From Felis catus (Eukaryota), in assembly GCF_018350175.1 (NCBI RefSeq), contig NC_058368.1, positions 215,266,001-215,330,000 on the forward strand: a stretch of DNA of 64,000 nucleotides, given 5' to 3'. Within the stretch, counting starts at the first letter, position 1. Each line of letters opens with the position of its first letter. A model generated the notes under the pieces. It was not told where the DNA came from. It ran no database searches and saw only the letters and a list, made by a program, of their open reading frames with translations. The position numbers and the translations under genes are program-made. Below, piece by piece: positions 52,259 to 63,900 of the stretch.

Positions 52259-52477
52259 TTTTTTAATTTTTTTTCAACGTTTATTTATTTTTGGGACAGA
52301 GAGAGACAGAGCATGAACGGGGGAGGGCCAGAGAGAGAGGGAGACACAGAATTGGAAACAGGCTCCAGGCTCTGAGCCATCAGCCCAGAGCCTGACGTGG
52401 GGCTTGAACTCACGGACCGCGAGATCGTGACCTGGCTGAAGTCGGACACTTAACCGACTGCGCCACCCAGGCGCCCC
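52232..52477 (-). mobile_element. Young felid SINE inserted in the tail of an older SINE
   Basis: Antisense head ...ccgactgcgccacccaggcgcccc; flanked by taatgtttatttatttatt on both sides. Confidence 0.97.
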
Positions 52478-52675
52478 TAATGTTTATTTATTTATTTATT
52501 TATTTTTTGAAAGAGAGATGGAGGGATGGTAGAAGAGACAGAGGGAGATAAAGAATCAAAGTAGGCTCCATGCTGTCAGCACAGAGCCCAACGCCAGGCT
52601 AGAACTCAAGAACTGTGAGATCTTGACCTGAGCTGAAGTCTTGATGTTCAATGGACTGAGCCATGCAGATGCCCC
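52478..52675 (-). mobile_element. Older CanSINE (tail resumes at about 52210-52231)
   Basis: Diverged antisense body and head ...ggactgagccatgcagatgcccc. Confidence 0.93.
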
Positions 52676-52682
52676 TAGACAA

Positions 52683-52909
52683 TTTTTTTTATTTTTTAAT
52701 TTTTTCTTTACTTATTTGTGACAGAGACAGAGAGAGACAGAATGTGAGTGGGGAAGGGGCAGAGAGAGAGGGAGACCAGAATCCGAAGCAGGCTCCAGGC
52801 TCTGAGCCGTCAGCACAGAGCCTGACGCGGGGCTCGAACCCACAAACTGTAATATCATGACCTGAGCCGAAGTCAGACACTTAACTGACTGAGCCATCCA
52901 GGTGCCCCC
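52683..52909 (-). mobile_element. CanSINE
   Basis: Antisense head ...tgactgagccatccaggtgcccc. Confidence 0.96.
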
Positions 52910-53062
52910 TTTTTAAATAATAATACAATGTTTTGGTTTAAAATTGTGACAAAAATAGAATGGAAAAATAAACAGAACAACTTCTCTAGGTCAAGCAAAT
53001 GAAATGGAAAAAAAGTCATAAAAAGAAACAAAGGTAAAGAAGTCAACAGGATAAAGATCCTG

Positions 53063-53064
<2 letters not shown>

Positions 53065-53113
<49 letters not shown>

Positions 53114-53216
53114 TATATATATGTATACACACACACGTATATATATACATTTGAATACTCGGAGATATATATATACATATATATATACATATATATATAT
53201 CTCCGAGTATTCAAAT
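53065..53216. repeat. (TA)n/(CA)n microsatellite containing a perfect inverted repeat
   Basis: Arms 53149-53175 and 53190-53216 are exact reverse complements. Confidence 0.95.
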
Positions 53217-54181
53217 ATTTATAAGCAATTTTGCAAATTGATAAGAAAAATTGTAAAACCCCAAGTTATCTTTTCTCATGACTAAAATTTAGGTTGGCCT
53301 CCACCACGTGATCTAATGGTTGCAATTTCAACTACAAATGTTCTCACTCTGTTCCCAATGGAAGGTGGTGGACTGCCACACCGTATATTACCTTCCAATT
53401 GCAAAATGATATTGTCTCTAGCCATATTTTTCCTCTGGTCCTCAAGACAGACCAGGTGCTGCTTTTCATTATCCTGCAAGCGTTGAGCTAACTGAGAAAA
53501 ATAATCACCCCCAGTGTAATAGATACACAATTATGGATCAAGAAACACAATATGATTATATGGTTATGAAAAGTTGTCAAGAAAAGAATTTCTAGAATCG
53601 GATAGCCGGTCTTAAATTCCGATTTTTACCGTAATTGCATGCGTGTCATTTCACACCTACGTACGTTGTTTCCTCCTTTGTAAGAAGAGAGTCTGTGAGA
53701 GCTAACTTCTTCTCTGTGTGCTTTCAGTGTAGTCAGGACTCTTCACCAAACTGTATATGTGTTAATTCATTGAATCTTTACAAATTCCTCATGAAGGAAA
53801 TGCTATTGGTGTCTTTATTTTAAAGCTGAAGAATATGAACTGGAGACGCAAGGTGAACTTCTCAAAGTCATAGAACTGAAAGTAGTGGAGGAAGAGGTCT
53901 CTGGGGCAGCAACTTGCCTGAGCATCAGATCAGAGAATCATCTATGTCCTGCAAGGGAGGATGTTCTCATATAGCAAGTCTAGTGGGTTATTTATAAGAA
54001 AGGTTCACCTGGTGTCTGGTACTTCAGAGCTCCCTCTCAGGGAAAAGCTGGAGAACATTCATGTAGGAATGAATATCCACCTAATTATAATTGTCTTCAG
54101 AGTTTTTGGTTACTTGGGGAGCTGCGATGTTCTGCTTTGTTTGGCAAAATTCAAGCACACACGTGTGTCTGCTCAACCAAA

Positions 54182-54182
<1 letters not shown>

Positions 54183-54215
<33 letters not shown>
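54183..54215. repeat. (TG)n microsatellite
   Basis: Directly visible. Confidence 0.95.
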
Positions 54216-54216
<1 letters not shown>

Positions 54217-55652
54217 GTTTTGTTTCAGCTTTATTTCCCTAGTTGACATTCCATGGACTTGATACCAATTTCAGTTGTTTTTGTTTGTTTGTTTGTTTGT
54301 TGGTCAGATCTGCCCATGAATCCCTTTCCAGAATCACTGCTTTGCAAGTAACTGTTCTAGGATAACCCTAGCGGAAAGCTTTATTGCTTAGCAACCGTGG
54401 GGCAATCATGCCTCTTTTAGCCTGAGGGCACTGGTGATATGCAGGGTTCCTTGGGAGTGGAGCTGCAGGGACCTTTTCTTCTGTAATATGTTTTAGCTCA
54501 TCTCCCCATGCCCCCTGCCACGTAGCAACACCAATTAGTCTTTACAAAGGGGTATACTAAAGAAAGCTTCCACATAGGATGCACAGCAGATGAATCCAGG
54601 TAGCTGTGTTTGCACAGTTCCCTAAGGTCTCTCATACGTCCAAATTTAATTCGCCAGGATGATTCTACTTGCCAATCAGTAGACCTTATACGTATAGGTC
54701 AGAAATAAGATGCCCTGTGGTTTAGAATAAGAAATGATTGATTTCTGGCAAAGCACTGTGACTCCAAGTCACAATGTCTTTTTTTCCCAATAGGGTATGA
54801 AGTTCACATTCTCATTTCTGTTTTAACCTTAGCAACCCAAGACTACATTTTTCCTCTTTTCTTATGGATTGAGCAACCATTGTATTTGCTGCCCCTAAAG
54901 CCTGTACTTCATGTGATACGAGGTCTAGGCTCCTAAAAATTTCAGGGGACAGCTTAATTAGTTGATTCGTACTTCGTTACTTGGTGGTGGTAGGTTTATG
55001 CCCCACGGCTGGGTAAACCTCACTCTGTTTTCTGGAGTCTCACTTCCAGGTTTTTGATGCTCGCAACTAAATTCTTTCTCTCATAGTGATTGTTACCTTC
55101 AAAGGACAAAGACCACTAAAACCAGATGAAATGTAAAGGAGAATTCGTAGGGTTTACCTATCAGCAGCCAAGGAATATATATCACCCAGCTGCATTAAAC
55201 TACCTCATTCAAGATCTGGTAATTCATGAACTGATGTTACTCTCTGTGTCTTTGATGCAACACGGACTCAAGCCTCTTTCTCACTCTCCTCTCTGAAGCA
55301 CCTGTTATAGATACACATTCTTGGAAGATACCTCATTTGCAAGGACTAGGTCAACTCTTCATCTTTTATCAAATTATCTGTGGCTAAAAGGCAGAGCCAT
55401 TTTTACTTAGATGGAGGTCATGTCCATCCCTTCAGCACAGACCTTAGCGATGGAGAGTTCTCAGATAAAGTTGCAGGACATTTCACCACATTATGCCAGT
55501 CATTCAGCATGTGTGAGAAATAATGTGGCAGGAGTGGGGAGAAATATATAAAGCAGCATCATAATAAAACCAAGGTTATACCAAATTTAAGTTCACAAAC
55601 GCTGAGCCCCATCAGAGACAAGAGGAAGAGTATTCTGAGGGTCAATATAATG

Positions 55653-55897
55653 CAGTGGCTAAGGATAAAATAGAATGGTTGAGATCAGGTAGCAGGTTTG
55701 GACTGGAATCTCAATTCTTCTTATCACCAGCTGATTGACTCTGGGCAAATTATTTAACTTCTCTGAGCCTCAGTTTCCTCTTTTATGGAATTTGAAACTT
55801 TTTTAAGAATAAAAATAAATTTACTTAGTACAATTTCATTATAGATAGTCTGTAACAAGGTGTCCAGTCCATAATAACTGATCAGAAAAGGTTAGCT
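55653..55897 (+). mobile_element. MIR SINE
   Basis: MIR core tgactctgggcaaattatttaacttctctgagcctcagtttcctc. Confidence 0.85.
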
Positions 55898-55941
55898 ACA
55901 CAAATAAAAAAAAAAGTCATATGCTAAATGTCATGAGCACG

Positions 55942-56560
55942 CTATGAAGGCATACACACGAGTTGTGTCTTTCCACGATGTCAGCTTTATTCAATCATAA
56001 AGTTAATCATAATTATAAAGCAGGTCCGGGATTCCAAACTCAATGACATTTCGCCATGTGATTAAACTTGGCTTCTTACACAGCACACAGAGCAGAACAT
56101 AAGACAAGCCACACAACAAACAAGATAACGAATGAAATGCGAAGTTAGTCTGTGGGCTCACAGTTGAGATAAGGCCTCAGTCTGGTCCAGGTCAGCTCTT
56201 GGCACTTACTGCCTATTATGTTCAAGCAGGGAAGGATCTCAGTTCTGTTCGGAGATCAATCAGGCTGAGCCTTCGGTGGCAGCTGCCTTTTTAAGTGGTC
56301 AGACATAGAGGGGTCACATTTGAAGAGTCTGACAGTTTGCTGCAAAAACCCTCCACTTTTAAAAGGGATTTAGTCAGTCTTGGGCCCCTGCAGACCTCCT
56401 TTGCTTCTGCCTGTTATCAGTTCTGGAGTGTCAACTGATGCTGGCCCCGGCCATATCTCCTAGCTGCAGTCTCTGTAACTGCTTGCGTCATGGCTTGACA
56501 CAGGCCCTTGTTTGACACAGGCTCCTGCTTGACATGAGAGACTCCATTTTGCCCCCTACA
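55942..56560 (-). mobile_element. ERV-type solo LTR, family uncertain
   Basis: Reverse strand starts tgtagggggcaaaatggagtc; antisense AATAAA (ctttatt, ~55986) near the other end; short ttgacacagg direct repeats in the U3-like part. Confidence 0.6.
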
Positions 56561-57099
56561 ATGACTTATAAAGTGAACATAGTAGAGGTAAGCAGGACTG
56601 ATGAGCGGTAGAGATGTTGAAGAAGAGTGGAAAAGGTAACGTTTGTACTTGACAATTAGAACTCCTGTTATCTGAAAGGTTATTGATTACGGTGACTGTT
56701 GAAAGACAAAGTTGGAAGGGAGGATGTGATGGGGAACGTTACAGTTATATCGAGCCGTATTGCTTATGGTTATGGAGAGAGTAGGGTACAGAAAAGAGAA
56801 GTCAGTATATGTAGACAGTGTATCACTGCAACTTATGGAATTAAGGAAGTAACGTGTGTGATGTTTGGCCTAAAAAGAAATCTCAACAAACAAGATTTTT
56901 CAGCTCTCCTCCCACCTTTTCAGATAGAGATTTTAAGGGATAGAAAGTTATAACTGTGGGCTCTTGAATAATATAAATCTTGACAACAGGCTGCCAACTT
57001 TTGGGGGCAAGATATGTATGTATATCCTTCCTGCCTAGTATGGTGCCTGATACATAATTCATGCTTAGAAAGGAAAGAATTCTTTCACTTTTCTTTCTT

Positions 57100-57420
57100 A
57101 TATTTATTCAACAAATACTCATTTAGCATTGACTGAGTGTCTGGAGATATGTTAGGTGAAAGATAAGAAACAATAAGTGGGATGCAGATTTTTTTTTTCA
57201 CACATACATCAGTCCAGTGGCTGATGTATGTTTTGAAATACTATTAGCTGGGGCTCACGAGTACTAAAGGGATGATTAATTTTGCAAAAAATACTTTCTG
57301 GGGAAAATGACATTTAAAATGCATCTTGGAAGTTGATTGGAAATTCATGAAACAGAAAAAGAGATTATTCCAGTAAGAAGGAAAAGCAAAAAAAGTTCAG
57401 AGATGAGAAGGCAGTTGATA
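57100..57420 (-). mobile_element. L2 3' fragment
   Basis: tttattcaacaaatactcatttagca... and ggaaaatgacatttaaaatgcatcttggaag. Confidence 0.55.
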
Positions 57421-57787
57421 ATTCATTGGAACTATGCTCCCATGTGACTATTTACAAAGCATGAGATCCTTGCAGATGTATTTGTGATACTGGGAATGTG
57501 ATCACATTGTGGTCACATTTTAAATATTTATATATTTCAGTACTGATGGAATGCTATAAAGACCAATACTCTAACTGCACCTTTTATGTGGTTTTAAGAT
57601 TCAATGAAAAATTAAGCTTTCAGGAGAAATAATTACTGTATTGCATAACATGTATTTGATGACTTAACACACTATAATCCATTATTCATCTTCTGTAATG
57701 TGAAATATTAATTTTAAGACAAATCACTAATGATAATTAAGACAAACTAATTTTAACAGATTTGGTATGCATTGTACTTTTATCCCA

Positions 57788-57789
<2 letters not shown>

Positions 57790-57829
<40 letters not shown>
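57790..57829. repeat. (CA)n microsatellite
   Basis: Directly visible. Confidence 0.95.
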
Positions 57830-57830
<1 letters not shown>

Positions 57831-58590
57831 ACACCCACGATAAACACCAAAGGATTATACTGAGATGTAATCTAGGTTAATGGGTGAAACATAGGATTTG
57901 GGGTTTGAGACCATAAATTTTAAGTAATCAATTCTTGTCTGATCTTGTTAAGATTCCTATTTTATTATATACCTAGTCCTAACAGTGAAATGGAAATCTT
58001 CACTGGTTTGTTAATTATAAGTTAAAAAAGGGGGGAAAAAAGAAACAAAAAAGAAAAAAAAGGTTATCACTAACGACTTATGGAAAACTACTAAAGTACT
58101 AACCATCTCTTTCAACAAAAGCAAAATTGGAATACAAGTGAAGAGACCTGGGTTTCACCCAGATCTGAAACTTTATTTCCATAAGATACGACAAACCTTA
58201 GTTGCTTTATTTGTGCATAAAAGAGACACACAACCAGGTTTTTAAGTGTGAGACCTCATTTGAGAAGCTAATGAAAGCTGAAGACATTGTTACTTTCTAT
58301 TGCCCTTATTTTCACTTTAAATCTGTGTTTTCTCAACATATTTTTAGGATTCAGGAAGCAAGGATTACTGAGTCATTAATTTTCATAACACAGAAAGGTC
58401 TGTCCCGGGCGGGTGATTTGACTCTGAACATGTTTTCTTTAAGTTTTGGCTATCACTGGTGGGTGTTGCTCTGGTGAACAGCAGAAAGGGACTGGGGTCT
58501 AGAAATTGAACAATGATGCAACAGTCACCTGAGGTATATGTAATTTCACCATTTTCAGGAAGTAATAGTTTTTAAATAAGTCCTATTGTT

Positions 58591-58715
58591 GGGGCCCCTG
58601 GGTGACTCATTTGGTTAAGCCATTGACTTGATTTCAGCTCAGGTCATGATCTCAGGGTTGGTGAGTTGGAGCCCCGCTATGGGTTCCATGCTGACATTGC
58701 TGAGCTTGGTTGGGA

Positions 58716-58754
<39 letters not shown>

Positions 58755-58850
58755 CCTCCCTCTTGTCCTCTCTGCCCCTCCCCCCGCTCATGCTCCTGCT
58801 CTCTCCCAAAAGATAATTAAATAAACTCTATTTTTTTAAATTAAAATAAC
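58591..58850 (+). mobile_element. CanSINE (older)
   Basis: Head ggggcccctgggtgactcatttggttaag; degenerate TSD taagtcctattgtt / taagcgctattatt. Confidence 0.95.
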
Positions 58851-58924
58851 TAAGCGCTATTATTTATAGACCTATACAGGTAAATTGTTTTAGCAGACAT
58901 ATATTGTACAACTTTTAGGCTGAT

Positions 58925-60538
58925 GTTTTTTAATCTCAACACTGTACATATTTCATTCCACTCTCCTCTTCCTTGTGTGGTTTCTAAGGATAGTTGCATG
59001 TATCCCTATCTTTGTTCCTGTAAAAGTAAGATGTTTACTTTTTTTCTTTCTTTTCTCTCTCCCCCTCCCCCAGGCTTCTTTCAAGACTTTTCTATGTCTT
59101 TGCTGTTCTTTAGTTTGAAAATGATATACTTAGGTATAATTTTTTTTCTTTAATTTATCCTTTGGTGTTCTCTGAGCTTTCTGGATCTGTGGTTTGGTGT
59201 CTGACATTGATCTGAGGGAAATACTTGGTCATTATTATTTCAAATATTCTTCTGTTCCTCTTTCTCTTTCTTCTCTTCCTAGTATTCTCATTATGTGTAT
59301 GTTACACCTTTTGTTGTGTTCCAGCCCTTGGATATTCTGTTCTGTTGTTTTGGTTTTTTTTTTTTCCTTCAGTCTTTGTTCTGTTTGCTTTTCAGTTTTG
59401 GAGGTTTGTCCTGAGATATTCTCAAGCTAAGAGATTCTTTCCTCAGCCGTGTCCAGTCTGCTAATAAGCTTATCAAATGCATTCTAAATTTCTGTTACAG
59501 TGCTTTTTACTGTAGCATTTCTTTTAGGTTCTTTCTTAGGATTTACATTTCTCTGCTTAATTGCTGGTTTGTTCTCCCATGCTGTCTCTTTGTTGGAGTC
59601 CTCAGCATATTAATCATAGGTGTTTAAAATTCCTGGCCTGATAATTTGAACATCTCTGCCGTTCATGTCTGCTGTTCAGACATTTGCCATGTCTGCTTCT
59701 GATAACTTGTCTCTTCAAATTGTGTTTTGTTTTGTTTTCTGATTTTTAGCTTGCTTTGTAATTTCTTTTTCTTGATAGCCAGACGTGATGTGCTGTGTGG
59801 AAGGAAGTGTTACAAATAGTCTTTGGGAATATGATGGTCAGGTGTCAGGGGAGGGGAAGGGGTCTACAGCCCTGTGACTAGATCTCTGTCTTTTAGTGAG
59901 CCTGAGCCCCTGGACTGTGAACTTCACAAGTGTTTCCCAGTCTTTTTCTCCCTGCTCAGGTGTAACAGGAAGGCTGGAGTTGGCTGGCATTGGGTATTTC
60001 CCTTCCCCAGGTCAGTTAGGCTCTGATGATACCCCAATAGGTTAGGCTGCAATTAACTAGTTTCCTCTGAAGGCAGCCCCTGTTAAGGACAACAGAGTAT
60101 GCTGACTATTTCAAAATGGTTCCTTTCCCTGCTCCTTGCTAGAAGTGTGAGGGGATTTTCCTCATAAATTTCCTTTGGGAACCTGGTTGATCTCCTGGAG
60201 GTAAATTCACCGTGTCGTGGGGCCCTCTATGACTGGGTCCCCCTGGAGTTTCTAACTCTCAGAGTTGCCCTTACTGTGCCTCCAGCACTTTGTCAGTTAC
60301 CATTTGGGCCTTCCTCACAAAGCACACTCCCCTCTGGTGTTTTCTGCTCTGGGATCTCTGTTCCAGGAAGCCTGCCTTTGCTGGTCAAATTCTGGGAGCC
60401 GCAGTCTGCCCTGTGTCTTCTCCTCTTTTCGGGTTTCAAAAAGAGTTGTTGTTTTTTTAGTCTATCCAGTTCTTCACTTGTTAGAACAGAATGGTGACGT
60501 CCATGCTCCTTTCATGTGGCACTGGAAAACACAAGTCC
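58925..60538 (-). mobile_element. Old L1 (L1MC/L1MD-type) 5' end: 5' UTR and ORF1 part
   Basis: Antisense ORF1 motif ttggtgttctctgagctttctggatctgtggtttggtgtctgacatt. The right terminus reverse-complements to ggacttgtgttttccagtgccacatgaaaggagcatggacgtcacc, like old L1 5' termini. Confidence 0.8.
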
Positions 60539-60774
60539 ATTTGTACAAGTTGTGTGCACCACAGACTTCTCCATGTTCTAGGGGTGAAGTCGTGAGAGAA
60601 CGTAGCTGAGTTAAGATCCTGAGACCGGAAGAACTAAGGACGGGTGCAAACAGATACTTCTGTGTATGTAACAGGTACCAGCTTCTCTCTCTACCCCTGA
60701 AAATAATTCTGCATTTTCTTGGGAACATCTCAAAACACTTGGACATATTGAGGTACAGAAAATTGTCCTAAGCT

Positions 60775-60965
60775 GCGCTGGGAAACAGATTCTTGTATCA
60801 ATGCTGCTTCTTACTGGTTATGTGACTTCGGATAGAACTCTTGGCCTCTCTGATCCTCATGTTGTTACTAGGGACAACTGGACTTGTGGTATCTTTCCTC
60901 AAGGCTGTTTAATTTCAAAAGAAAAAAACTTGAGTAGAAGCACTTTGAAATCTCTAATGACCTAA
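60775..60965 (+). mobile_element. MIR fragment
   Basis: cttactggttatgtgacttcggatagaactcttggcctctctgatcctca...agaagcactttgaaa. Confidence 0.6.
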
Positions 60966-63900
60966 AGAAACATAAGCTATGACTCTACTTTCTGGAGATC
61001 GTTTTGTAAACGACATTAGCATTTTTAAATGACCCATCTGATTAAAAACAATCCTGCACTTAATCCTGGCTACTTCAATATCATGTCCGTAGGCATGTTT
61101 TGATTTAGACATTATTATGCAGAGCTTTGCGGTTGTTTAAATATATCCAGTCTTGCCTCCAACAAGTGGGACTCAGGGCAGAGATTTTCGTGGTTAGCAA
61201 GTTTATTTAAAGATCATTAAAAAGACCCTTCTCCTCTGATTGTTGACCAGTGATGCTCTCAAATTCTCCAGTCAAGTCCTGGTTCTGAAATCGTTTTCAT
61301 GTTGTGCCACTTTGTTTGCCTGAGCTGTGCTGCAAAAATCCCTCCTGACAGTCCAACATCAAAGGAAACAATGTTGTTTCCTTAAGCAAAAAGGACAGAG
61401 CTGTGGCTGCCCAGGCTTTACAAGTGCCAACAGCATTTCTTTCTAAAGCACCTGCTGTTACATATCAGCCTCAGCTGGCAAAGGACACAGACAATGACAG
61501 CAATTTTTTTTATTATTATTCCTTTCCAGTGTGTGAAAGCAGGGTCATGAATTTTATATGGAGAGCATTAATTTATGGCACGCAGACAAGCACTTGCTTC
61601 CTTAACCTCCAGACTCATGAATCGTAAATATTACTGTGGAAGGTAAGAGAACAAGTAGCTGCAATAGAAAGTAATTGACAGGCAACACCAAAGAAAGAAC
61701 TCTGTTTGGAAGGTATTCGCCATCACAGAGCACTGGATGTGAAGCAGAAAATGAGATGTGCACAGTCAAAAAGAAAACTAGTTACAATGGTCTTGCTCAT
61801 CTTTTTATCACATCCATCCACCTAGTTTTGTTTTCTGTCATCTCTCTAATCTTATTGGACTTCTGAGAATCAAATCTAATTCTTAAAAATCCTATACGTT
61901 GTTTATACAGGCAAACCTTGGTCAACAATGCAGATTTTGCCCCCCGGCCCCCCATAAAATAAATGTAGACAGTTAAGTACTTACTTTGGTTCTTGTTGTG
62001 AGGCTCTGGTGACCATCTAGGAAGATCCTGGAATTTTAACCTCAGCTGCTTCCAAGTTTTCAAGACTGATACTCAGAAGTATCAGTCTTAGTCAAAGGTT
62101 GTGTTGTTTTCCATGCCCAATGCTTTATGCAGATAATATCACATTTATCTCAGGAACTTTGAGTTAGAAGCGTACCCCAAATCAAAGTGCTAGCCAGTCT
62201 CCAAGTCTGAAATCTTTTATTGATCTGCTCCTGTCTCTATCACTATTCTCTTTGGGGGAGCTCAGCCCTCCTGCTCACAAACAAAATTAGATGTCTCTTC
62301 ATCAAAACTCCACTTACTTCCGTGGTTCTTTTTATTACGTTCTAAGCTTTATGTTTGTTTTCCTCCTAAGACTGCTTTATGCTTTGGGACTTCTCAAGTC
62401 CTTCTTCCAGGTCTTCCTTCTTGTTCCAAGACCTCTCTTTAATTAAGTTCCCTTTGCGCCCCCTCCAAACAATTGTAGGTTAGAAAACTTAAATAATTTT
62501 CTCATTTCCTCTGAAAGAAACAAGGATTAATTTATCCTCCTTTGGAAACAGGGAATGAAATATTTATTTCTTTTATTTTTATTTGAAAGTCGGAACAGTA
62601 ATAAAATTCCTATCGTAAAAATGTCAATGCTGTTAGTGTTGTTATTACTGCCATTATTGATAAACCTGGATCTGTCGGCCTCTATAAAAATAGATTTCTT
62701 TCCTTGATGGTGGCAGAAAAGAAATGAGAAAATGCCCCTGTGCCTCTTCTTGTAAGCAATCCTACTGTCTGGAAAAGTCTGGTTATATATTAAAGGCTGA
62801 ACTCATAGAATTTCTGTTGTTCAAAAATTCTTCCAGGCTGCTTTTCATGTTGCCCTGAGTTTTTCTTGAGATGACATGGTCTCTTCACTGTTACTCGGAC
62901 TGTTTTAGCTTGGTGATGCTTTCTTCTTTTTGATTTTTCTGTGCAATAGGAAACAAAATATGTATGCATTACTTGTGAGTATGTCTGACTGCTTAAGAAG
63001 GGCTTAAGTCTTTTTCTTTATGTGGTAAACTGCCCATGTCACCACTACAACCACTGGCAGAATATTTACCCCCTATTCTTATAGATGCCTCTGCTCCTCT
63101 CCTCAAATTTATTTACAAGCAACTTAAGATACAATGCTTTATTTCCTTATTTTTGATATGGAGTGAGCCTTCTGGCTAATTCCATATTTCTAGAACAAGA
63201 CACAATTAATTTTCATCAGATGGCCAGTATGGTTCAAACAAATGGAGAATGAACCCCGAGGACTTCAAAGATTATGAGGGAAACGTATTGGGTATCTGGA
63301 CAAAATAACGTAACGATAAAAATGATGCCAATATTGAAAGGCTTTTCTCATCTCTCTCTTCCCCCAACCTTATTTTACCCACCTTCACCCCTGGCAACTA
63401 TCTGCCACCTTCTCTTTATCCTGACCACAGGATGCAGACATAGGTCCAGGGTAACCCTTGGGAATGATGTGGCTTAAAGAAGCTGCAGGGTTACTCTCTC
63501 TCCCTGAACCTTGACCTTGGCTCAGCTGTGCAGATGTCTAAATTCTGTGTCTCAGCAAGAGCTAGAGGAGTGTAGCTGAGCCTCTGGTTATCCTCACAGG
63601 GTGGATGCAATGACATCAATGTCAGCTTTGCTCTTTGGCTAACGCTAACATTTGTGCATCAGAGTGAAACTAAATTCCTGCTGGTCTTTTTTTTTTCCCC
63701 TCCAAAGCAAGCAGGAAGCTTATCTGTCTAATTGCCCAATGACAGTGTCTTAGTTCAATTTCTTGCATGCACTTTTACAGTCCGCTCATCTTTTCTCCCT
63801 GGATCTATAATCCATTTTTCATCTGGCTATCATTCATCCTACTGGGTGAATTGCAAGCTCATTAGTGCAATGAGGAAGGTCCATTTTAATTTGGCACTGA

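Noticed and set aside
53595..53670. CpG island
   Set aside because: Only a handful of CpGs over about 75 bp at low GC content, far below island size.
4015..58850. tRNA genes or a CRISPR-like array suggested by the many similar ~200-bp units
   Set aside because: They are dispersed tRNA-derived SINEs with CT tracts, A tails and TSDs, not cloverleaf genes or regularly spaced repeats.
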